Part shown: positions 1-7,025 of the stretch, one piece after another
Position numbering within the stretch: position 1 is the stretch's first letter
Layout: each line of letters begins with the position of its first letter
Assembly: GCA_050246815.1 (NCBI GenBank)
Contig: JBFWVI010000072.1
Coordinates: 1-12,871 of the forward strand
Reading direction: 5' to 3'
DNA from: Bdellovibrionales bacterium
GTDB taxonomy: Bacteria; Bdellovibrionota; Bdellovibrionia; Bdellovibrionales; UBA1609
DNA: 12,871 nt
Program-made: the position numbers and the translations under genes
Notes under the pieces: generated by a model
The model's database searches: none
What the model was told of the DNA's origin: nothing
What the model saw: the letters and a program-made list of their open reading frames with translations, nothing else

Positions 1-1
1 A

Positions 2-1513
2 AGCTTCTGTCAAACGTCGTGCGTAAGATTCTGCGAGTCTTGCGCCCAAGGCGACAAACTGATCTTGGCTCAAATCCAAGGAGGCCTTGATCCAGCGGTC
101 CACCAGCGGCTGGTCAAAGCTGATTTCAAAACGCAAGGTGGTGTACTCGAGGTCTTCGCGGGTGGGGATGTTCAGAGCGGCTTGGCGCAGGCCGGTGCGG
201 CGAATCAGTTCTTTACCAGCCATGCGCAGTTGCCAGTGATTGGAGTTGTTGTCGGCGAACTCCCAAAAGTATTTGCCAAAATAACCGTGCTCGAAGCCCA
301 ATTGCGGATTTTCGGCGCTGTAAGCGCTGCCAAAAAACACCTGCTGGCGGGCGCGGCGCGTGCCAAAGGCGCGGTGACGACGATGATTTGAATAAACGCC
401 ATAATTGACGTCGATCTTGCGGTCGGCCCAGCGCAAGTTGCGGTGCGAGTAGGTTTCAATGTGCCCTCGGCTCCATTGAGTATTCAAAAGCAGGGGTACG
501 CCCATAAAGAAATTGGTGTAGGTGCCGGTTTGCACCTCGTTGTTTTTTTCTGAGAAGTCGATGCCGTTGAAGCCACTGGCGGCACGTTCTTGCGCGAATG
601 CAATATCGCCACTGGCAAGGGCTTGATAGTTAGTTTCTGCACTTGAATGGCTTAAATCCAATACAAAAGAAAAATTTTCGTCGCTGTTGTCGAAACTGGT
701 TTGCGACATATTCACGAGCCCAGCCCCGGTGCTAAAAGCCCAATCAGTCAGAGAAGCGTTGCTGATCTTGACCAAAATTTGGCGGGAGTTGATTTTTTCG
801 TGATGGATGGTCCATTCACCGCGGGCCAGGCTCAGGGCGCTGGCACCAACGCTGTTCATTCCGATGCCGAATAAAAATAAAACACCGCCGCGCTTGGCGA
901 TCATTAAACTGTCACCCACGGCCCAAGAATCAAACTCTCGTATGGATTGCGGGGGGCGAATGGATTCCTTGATGTGGCGGGCTTGTTGGAGCGTTTTCAC
1001 ATAGCGGACATTTAAGGCTTCACCACCCACCACCGGCAAAAGTCCCACCAGCGCGTTGAGGTTTGAATTCAAGTCGGTGAAGTCGCGTACTTTCTTATAA
1101 CTCAAATGACCATGGCCTAAATCGATCCGCGACAAGCTGACCACACGAAAGCCGTTGCGGTAGTCGCCAAAGACAAGCGATTCACGCTCAGGTAAAAAGT
1201 CATAGGTGACCAGCCTTTGGATATCTTGCGGTTTTGACTCCTGGGGGGTCAGGTTGGTGATACGATTGCGCGAAAAATCCAAATCCAAAACGGCCATGGG
1301 TTGCCATTTGTATTCCAACAAATTCTTGGGGTCATTTTGACTGACATTAGAAAAGTTATTTAAGGCGGGCTTGGGTGCACTTTTTTCGTCGTTGCCATCC
1401 AGATTTCGATTGGTCACCGAGGTTTGGGCAAACAATTGGGGCGGGGGATTTTGGGCCCAAGCCCAAGTATGCACAAGGAGCAGCAGCAAGACTCCTAGAC
1501 GGCGCGTAAGCAT
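2..1513 (-). CDS. Secreted hypothetical protein, >504 aa, C-terminus beyond the left window edge
   Basis: Manual translation: ATG at 1513 opens a stop-free frame to the window edge (MLTRRLGVLLLLLVHTWAWA|QNPPPQLFAQ...WAVGDSLMIAKRGGVLFLFGIG...FSFVLDLSHSSAETNYQALASGD...YARRLTEA). The N-terminus is a typical Sec signal peptide (RR, Leu core, A-W-A cleavage site). Absent from the ORF track because there is no stop codon in the window. Confidence 0.85.
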   Translation of the reverse strand, partial: MLTRRLGVLLLLLVHTWAWAQNPPPQLFAQTSVTNRNLDGNDEKSAPKPALNNFSNVSQNDPKNLLEYKWQPMAVLDLDFSRNRITNLTPQESKPQDIQRLVTYDFLPERESLVFGDYRNGFRVVSLSRIDLGHGHLSYKKVRDFTDLNSNLNALVGLLPVVGGEALNVRYVKTLQQARHIKESIRPPQSIREFDSWAVGDSLMIAKRGGVLFLFGIGMNSVGASALSLARGEWTIHHEKINSRQILVKISNASLTDWAFSTGAGLVNMSQTSFDNSDENFSFVLDLSHSSAETNYQALASGDIAFAQERAASGFNGIDFSEKNNEVQTGTYTNFFMGVPLLLNTQWSRGHIETYSHRNLRWADRKIDVNYGVYSNHRRHRAFGTRRARQQVFFGSAYSAENPQLGFEHGYFGKYFWEFADNNSNHWQLRMAGKELIRRTGLRQAALNIPTREDLEYTTLRFEISFDQPLVDRWIKASLDLSQDQFVALGARLAESYARRLTEA

Positions 1514-1519
1514 TTGTAA

Positions 1520-1525
1520 ACTATA
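1520..1525 (-). promoter_or_regulatory. Candidate -10 hexamer (TATAGT) 6 nt upstream of the ATG at 1513
   Basis: Minus strand reads ...AAGTC TATAGT TTACAA ATG. No SD is visible and there is no good -35. Confidence 0.3.
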
Positions 1526-1723
1526 GACTTTTTTGCCCATTGGCCGCCTTACTCACTGTGCCTAGGCAAACAGTGCAAGATGAGGCCCGGATTCAGGGGC
1601 GATTTGAGGCCTTTCGGGGCCAGGCGGCAGGTAAAGATTTTAGGTTGCGGCGCGTTTGGTCACTGGAGGGAAGTGGCGGTTATTTTTGACCAAAAGGGCT
1701 TTGAGGGGCTAGTTCATGTTGGT

Positions 1724-1728
1724 GGAGG
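1724..1728 (+). promoter_or_regulatory. Shine-Dalgarno site of tricorn gene
   Basis: GGAGG 7 nt upstream of ATG 1736. Confidence 0.8.
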
Positions 1729-1735
1729 AACATTC

Positions 1736-4700
1736 ATGAACCAAGGTTATTTTCGTGCGCCCACGGTGCACGGTGATCGAGTCGTATTTGTCAGTGAAGA
1801 CGATCTTTGGTTGGTCAACACACAAGGTGGACCGGCGCGGCGGTTAACTTCGGGGGTGGGCGCGGCCACACAGCCGGTATTTTCTAACGACGGAAAATGG
1901 TTGGCCTTCTCGAGTGAAGAAGAGGGGCATCGAGAAGTGTATGTTTGTGATTCGGACGGCGGAGAAGTGCGTCGCGTGACTTATTTGGGATCGATCTCGA
2001 TTCCCGTGACATGGACCGCCGACGGTAAAATTGTCTTTCGCACCCGCGCCAAACATCCACATGGTGTTGATGAGCTGTTTCAAGTTTCGGCGCAAGGCGG
2101 AGTCCCCGAGGCCTTGCGCTTAGGACCCGCTGTTTGGTTGGCTTTTTCAAGCCAAGGCGAAGTGGCGCTTGAACGCAACTCGAACCGCCCGGATCCGGCG
2201 CACTGGAAACGTTATCGCGGGGGCACGGCAGGCGTCATTTGGGTTTCGGATGGTTTAGACAAGCCGTTCAGTAAACCTTTGAGCTTAAAGTCCAACATGG
2301 CCAGGCCGATGTGGATACAAGATCGCTTGTATTTCTTGTCGGACCACGAGGGCGTGGCCAACATTTACTCGGTCCGCAAAGATGGCGGCGATATTAAGCG
2401 CCATACGAAACTCAAAGAGTACTACTGTCGCAATCCGCAAACCGATGGCCGCACAATTGTTTTTCATGCGGGTGGTGATTTGTACACCTTGGATGTGGCC
2501 CGCAATAAAGTCAGCCGATTGGATGTGGACTATCGAAGCCAGCGCACTCAGCGCCAGCGCAAATTCGTCTCGGCTGCCCGCCATCTAGAAAGCTACAGTT
2601 TGAGCCCCAAGGCCGATCAGGTGCAGGTCACGACCCGTGGCCAGGTTTTTGCCTTTCGCAATTGGGATGGCCCCGTGTTTCGCTATGGCCAAGCATCGGC
2701 CGTGCGCTATCGTTTGTCCGATTGGCTGGGTGATGGACAAAAACTGGTCGTGGTCAGTGACGAGGGCGGCGCCGAACAGCTTGAAGTTTACACGGTAGGC
2801 GATCCCGCTTCGCGGCAGATCGTGGATGGTTTGGATATCGGCCGCGTGACTGCGCTGAAGGCCAATCCAAAAAATATGAGCGTGGTTTTGACGAATCACC
2901 GCAACGAACTGATTTTAGTCAATTTGGAAACCAAGTCGGCTCAAGTGCTGGCCCGCTGCGAGCATGCGCATTTGGAGCATTGTGAGTGGTCGCCCGATGG
3001 AAGAATGATCGCCTTTCGCCAAACGCAAAATCCGCAGACCTCATTTATCGCTGTGCATGTGGTCAGTGAGAATAAGACTTACGCGGTGACCAAGCCGCTC
3101 TTGCATGATCAAGCCCCCAGTTGGGACCCGGAAGGACGATACCTTTATTTTCTGTCGACGCGTATTTTGGACCCCGTTTACGACAACGCACAATTTGAAT
3201 TGTCCTTTCCGCGTGCGGTGATTCCATGTTTAATCACTTTGCGTCGGGATTTGCCGTCACCATTTGTGGTTCCGGTCAATAGTGGTGAAAAAGAAGAAGA
3301 CAAAAAAACCAACGCCGAAAAGCCGCCGATTCAAGTGGATTTTGATGGCATCGAACAGCGGGTACAGGCGTTTCCGGTCAGCGATGGCCGCTACGTCAGC
3401 ATCAAGGGCCTGAGCAAAAATAAAGTGGCGTGGACACTGGCCCCCATCAAGGGTGCACTAAAAAGCAGTTGGTTGCCGGTTGAGCCTGAGGCCGAAAATC
3501 GATTCGAGGTTTTCGATCTTGAAACCAGCAAGGCCGAAATATGGGGCTCTTTGATCAGTAACTTTGAAACCAATGCCCATCGCGATCACGTGATCGTTCG
3601 TGTTGGCAAGGATCTGCGTATTTACAAAGTCGGCGACAAGCCCGACGAAAAAGAACCGCGAAGTGCATTCAGCAAAAAATCTGGTTGGATCGAAATGGAC
3701 CGCGTTCGCGTCATGATCGATCCGCCGGGTGAATGGCGCCAGATGCTGCACGAGGTGTGGCGTCTGCAGCGAGATCACTTTTGGGATAAGGATATGTCAA
3801 AGATCAATTGGGTTTCGGTTTTACCGAAGTACTTCGTGCTGGTGGACCGCATTAACACACGCTCTGAATTCAGTGATTTAGTTTGGGAAGTACAGGGCGA
3901 ACTTGGCACGTCCCATGCCTATGACATCGGTGGCGATTATCGTCCTGCCCCCAATTATGGAGTGGGGCATTTGGGAGCGGAATTCGCTTTTGATCCAACG
4001 GCGCAAGGATACAAAATCACGCATTTGATCAAAGGCGATTCTTGGCGCTTGGATGAAGGATCACCGCTTTTACAGCCAGGTGTGCAAGCTCAGGTGGGGG
4101 ATATACTGGTCGCGATCAATGGCGAAAAGCTTTCGGCCACAGTGACGCCCCAGCAACTCTTGCTCAACCGAGCCAGCGACGAAGTCGAATTGCAACTCCG
4201 ACCTCATTTGGCACAAGAAGTTCGTCGCGTGCGCGTGCGAACTATTCGGGGCGAACACCAGTCCCGCTATCGCGAGTGGGTTGAAGTCAACCGTGACTAC
4301 GTCGACAAGATGTCGCGCGGGCAGGTGGGTTATGTGCACATTCCAGATATGGGGCCACGCGGTTTTTCGGAATTCCATCGCTCATTTTTGGTTGAGTTCG
4401 ACCACGACGCTTTAATCGTGGACGTGCGCCATAATGGTGGCGGTCACGTTTCACAACTGCTTCTTGAAAAGTTGGCTCGCCCTCGTTTGGGTGTTTCAAG
4501 CTCGCGCTGGTTTGGGGTATTCCCCGAGCAGGCCGAGTCCCCGGCGGGACCTTTGGTTGCGCTGACCAATGAGTTCGCAGGCTCTGACGGAGATATTTTT
4601 TCGCACACCTTCAAGATGCGCAAACTTGGGCCATTAATTGGCAAACGCACTTGGGGTGGGGTCGTGGGTATTTGGCCGCGCCATGCCTTAGTTGATGGCA

Positions 4701-4936
4701 GCGTGACCACTCAACCCGAATTTGCCACCTGGTTTGCAGATGTGGGCTGGGGGCTTGAAAACTATGGCGTTGACCCGACAATTGATGTGGAATTTGCCCC
4801 ACATGATCACCGTCAAGGTCATGACCCGCAGCTGTCACGTGGTGTGGAAGAGGCCTTGCGTTTGCTGAAAACCAAACCACCCATGCGGCCGAAGGTCGTT
4901 GCTGATGTGGACATGCGCCCACCGGAATTCATGTGA
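1736..4936 (+). CDS. tri: Tricorn protease homologue (peptidase family S41; beta-propellers, PDZ, C1/C2 catalytic domains), 1066 aa
   Basis: N-terminus GYFRAPTVHGDRVVFVSEDDLW and WKRYRGGTAG are tricorn hallmarks. Propeller repeats (FSNDGKWLAF, WSPDGRMIAF, WDPEGRYLYF), ELGTSHAY (catalytic Ser-His, 3911-3916), PDZ-like GDILVAING, GYVHIPDM, DVRHNGGG, nucleophile motif AGSDGD (Ser codon 4583-4585), GKRTWGG and ENYGVDP are all present. Start moved from 1580 to 1736 on the basis of the SD and the family N-terminus. Confidence 0.96.
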   Translation: MNQGYFRAPTVHGDRVVFVSEDDLWLVNTQGGPARRLTSGVGAATQPVFSNDGKWLAFSSEEEGHREVYVCDSDGGEVRRVTYLGSISIPVTWTADGKIVFRTRAKHPHGVDELFQVSAQGGVPEALRLGPAVWLAFSSQGEVALERNSNRPDPAHWKRYRGGTAGVIWVSDGLDKPFSKPLSLKSNMARPMWIQDRLYFLSDHEGVANIYSVRKDGGDIKRHTKLKEYYCRNPQTDGRTIVFHAGGDLYTLDVARNKVSRLDVDYRSQRTQRQRKFVSAARHLESYSLSPKADQVQVTTRGQVFAFRNWDGPVFRYGQASAVRYRLSDWLGDGQKLVVVSDEGGAEQLEVYTVGDPASRQIVDGLDIGRVTALKANPKNMSVVLTNHRNELILVNLETKSAQVLARCEHAHLEHCEWSPDGRMIAFRQTQNPQTSFIAVHVVSENKTYAVTKPLLHDQAPSWDPEGRYLYFLSTRILDPVYDNAQFELSFPRAVIPCLITLRRDLPSPFVVPVNSGEKEEDKKTNAEKPPIQVDFDGIEQRVQAFPVSDGRYVSIKGLSKNKVAWTLAPIKGALKSSWLPVEPEAENRFEVFDLETSKAEIWGSLISNFETNAHRDHVIVRVGKDLRIYKVGDKPDEKEPRSAFSKKSGWIEMDRVRVMIDPPGEWRQMLHEVWRLQRDHFWDKDMSKINWVSVLPKYFVLVDRINTRSEFSDLVWEVQGELGTSHAYDIGGDYRPAPNYGVGHLGAEFAFDPTAQGYKITHLIKGDSWRLDEGSPLLQPGVQAQVGDILVAINGEKLSATVTPQQLLLNRASDEVELQLRPHLAQEVRRVRVRTIRGEHQSRYREWVEVNRDYVDKMSRGQVGYVHIPDMGPRGFSEFHRSFLVEFDHDALIVDVRHNGGGHVSQLLLEKLARPRLGVSSSRWFGVFPEQAESPAGPLVALTNEFAGSDGDIFSHTFKMRKLGPLIGKRTWGGVVGIWPRHALVDGSVTTQPEFATWFADVGWGLENYGVDPTIDVEFAPHDHRQGHDPQLSRGVEEALRLLKTKPPMRPKVVADVDMRPPEFM

Positions 4937-6033
4937 GCGTAAGTGTCGCGCAAATGAATTTGTCCGGCGCATGGGGTGGCATGGAGATGTCGACACTTAA
5001 GATCGCGCAACATTTTCAGCGCCGCGATTTTAAATCTTTTGTGATCACCTCGGTGGCTTCGCCTTTGGCCAAAGAGGCGGCAAAGGCGGGGCTTCACGTC
5101 ATCGAAATTGCGGGCGAAGGGCACTTTGCGCCCAAAGCTTCGTGGCGCTTGCGCCAACAGTTGCGCGCCCAGGGCATTTCGGTGGTGATGGTGCATCAAC
5201 TGCGCAATCTTTGGATTTTGCGTCCGGCACTTTGGGGCATGCCTGACGTGCGGGTGATCGGTTTTGCGCGGATGTTTTTGAAGGACATCAAAAAGACAGA
5301 TTTTTTGCATCGGCACCTTTATCTGCGCATAGAAAAAATGGTGACGCTGAGCCAGGTTCAGTGTCAGGCCATCGAACCCTGTTTGCCTCTGCCGCACGAT
5401 CGTTATGTGGTGATTCCCAATGGCGTGGACACCGAGCGCTTTCACCCCCGCCACCGCAACGAAGAAATGCGTTTAAGCGAGTTCGGTGCCACGGGACGCG
5501 AAGCCGTAATCGGTGTGATTGGCCGTTTAGATCCACAAAAGGGGCAAATGGAGTTCATAAATGCGGCGGCATTGGTTTTGAAGAAGTACCCACGCACACG
5601 CTTTGTGGTGGTGGGCGAAGAAACGGTCGGCGAGCCTGGGTATGCAGAACGTTTGCGGCAAAAAGCGCGGGATCTTGGAATTGCGGAACGGGTTTTATTT
5701 TTAGGCCATCGCACCGACACCCCCAAGGTGATGGCGTCCCTGGATGTGTTTGTGATGCCCTCTTATGAAGAAGCTTTTGGTAATGTGGTATTGGAGGCCA
5801 TGGCCAGTGGCGTGCCTGTGATTGCGACCAAGGCGGGCGGGCCCCTGGATATTGTTCGAGATGACTGGGGTCAGTTGGTCGCCCCCCGCGAATTCAAACC
5901 TTTGGCGGAAGCCATCATGCGCTATTTAGACGATGAAAGTTGGGCCAAAGAGCAGGGTGAAAACGGTCGAGCTGAGGCCGAACGTCGTTATCCATTGCCG
6001 ATTGTGATGGGACAAATCGAAAGTTTAATTTAA
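4933..6033 (+). CDS. Glycosyltransferase family 4 (GT-B, RfaB/WaaG-like), 366 aa
   Basis: N-terminal WGGME, VIPNGVDTERF, IGRLDPQKG, FLGHRTD, DVFVMPSYEEAFGNVVLEAMASGVPVIAT (E-x7-E motif). GTG start overlaps the tricorn TGA (GTGA). Confidence 0.95.
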   Translation: MSVSVAQMNLSGAWGGMEMSTLKIAQHFQRRDFKSFVITSVASPLAKEAAKAGLHVIEIAGEGHFAPKASWRLRQQLRAQGISVVMVHQLRNLWILRPALWGMPDVRVIGFARMFLKDIKKTDFLHRHLYLRIEKMVTLSQVQCQAIEPCLPLPHDRYVVIPNGVDTERFHPRHRNEEMRLSEFGATGREAVIGVIGRLDPQKGQMEFINAAALVLKKYPRTRFVVVGEETVGEPGYAERLRQKARDLGIAERVLFLGHRTDTPKVMASLDVFVMPSYEEAFGNVVLEAMASGVPVIATKAGGPLDIVRDDWGQLVAPREFKPLAEAIMRYLDDESWAKEQGENGRAEAERRYPLPIVMGQIESLI

Positions 6034-6977
6034 CTCGTTCCGACTTGGTTCAAATGCTGGATCACCTGCTGGGCGGCTTCGGGGCAAAAGCCATCGATCA
6101 TTTTTTCGTGGGCGTTTGCCACTTCAGGTTTCAATTGCCAGGCTTCATAAAGGCGCCGACGCCAATCCGCAAAAGCGGTACAGTCGGAATTTTTTGCAAA
6201 AGTTTCGCGCGCATTGGCCCAAAACACACTGACAAAATGGGCGGGGTGAGTGTTGATGTCTGCCATCAAATAATTCAGGCGGGCGGACCAATTGGGGTCA
6301 TGAAGCGCCGGAGATTTCAGCAATTCTTGCTGATGGGCGGTTTGCAAAAGCCGGTAAAAGCCGATTTGCCCTTCGCGATAATCTGTTTGAGAAAAAAACT
6401 GCGCCGCGTGCCCCAGATCGTGCAGCAGAAAACTTAAAGCATCGCGTTCGTCATGCACCACTTGGCTTAAGGTCGCGGCGCCAAACAGCACGCTGACCCA
6501 GCGACTGCCTTGGCTTTGCAGGCCGAGCATTTGCTCGGGTGTTGGAATCTTGTCCGTCAAGCGCAGCGTCACATTGTTGGCGAGCCAAGCCAGTAAAATT
6601 TCACGAGCGGCCAGGCGCACTCCACGCAAAGAATAGCCGCTCAAAATGTCGGCCAAGGTGGTTTCAGGGGTTAGCCATTGTTTCATGCGGTCATCTAAGT
6701 TTAGCCAAGGTGTGATTTTGAGTGAAGGCCCCATCGGGTTGAGGCGGTTTGCTGAGGGCCCCACAAGCCAAGTTCCAGGGCAGCGGATCTCTAAGCCAAT
6801 GAGCAGATATAGGGCTGCGGTTTCAGCATCGGTCAGGCTGCCGGTGCGCCAAGCGCGCTCTAAAGGGGCCAATCTTTCAGCCCAAACCGGGGCGACGCGG
6901 GTTAAATCCGCAGCCGAGAAAAGCAGGCGACGATAGCGTCGTGACCTAAGGCTTTGTTTTGCTTGCAGCTTGCCCAA
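6030..6977 (-). CDS. Hypothetical protein with HDxxH motif (possible metal-binding enzyme), ~315 aa
   Basis: Long ORF filling the gap between two known genes. TTG start preceded by GGGAGAGGGG. Its stop shares TTAA (6030-6033) with the convergent GT4 stop. Motifs RDALSFLLHDLGHA, QIGFY and YLMADINTHPAH. Exact start uncertain. Confidence 0.75.
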   Translation of the reverse strand: MGKLQAKQSLRSRRYRRLLFSAADLTRVAPVWAERLAPLERAWRTGSLTDAETAALYLLIGLEIRCPGTWLVGPSANRLNPMGPSLKITPWLNLDDRMKQWLTPETTLADILSGYSLRGVRLAAREILLAWLANNVTLRLTDKIPTPEQMLGLQSQGSRWVSVLFGAATLSQVVHDERDALSFLLHDLGHAAQFFSQTDYREGQIGFYRLLQTAHQQELLKSPALHDPNWSARLNYLMADINTHPAHFVSVFWANARETFAKNSDCTAFADWRRRLYEAWQLKPEVANAHEKMIDGFCPEAAQQVIQHLNQVGTS

Positions 6978-7025
6978 ACCCCTCTCCCATGATACATGGC
7001 GTCAATATTTGGAATCAGGATGGCC

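Noticed and set aside
543..549. A7 run in the left gene as a frameshift or phase-variation site
   Set aside because: The reading frame stays open through it (GAA AAA AAC), and 7 nt is unremarkable.
65..1004. Short ORFs 65..391, 205..459 and 807..1004
   Set aside because: Shadows of the long minus-strand CDS at 2..1513.
1543..1629. tRNA or tRNA remnant (7-bp acceptor-like stem followed by UA)
   Set aside because: No canonical D-arm, no 7-nt T-loop (GTTCRA), wrong arm sizes and no CCA.
1620..1680. Cobalamin riboswitch (CACTGG..GGGAAG fragment, B12 enzyme in the window) or c-di-GMP-I riboswitch (GGCAAAC, GAAA loop)
   Set aside because: The other conserved elements are absent or on opposite strands. 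GTCACT/AGTGGC is explained as a simple hairpin.
1686..1715. sigma70 promoter TTGACC-N18-TAGTTC for tricorn
   Set aside because: Good -35 but poor -10; not supportable without TSS data.
1580..1735. 52-aa N-terminal extension of tricorn in the ORF track
   Set aside because: No SD at 1580, the extension is not signal-peptide-like, and ATG 1736 has GGAGG and matches the family N-terminus.
4819..5454. 211-aa antisense ORF across the tricorn/GT4 junction, and the other antisense or alternate-frame ORFs inside tricorn, GT4, radical SAM and porin
   Set aside because: They lie within well-supported genes and have no recognisable motifs; typical shadow ORFs.
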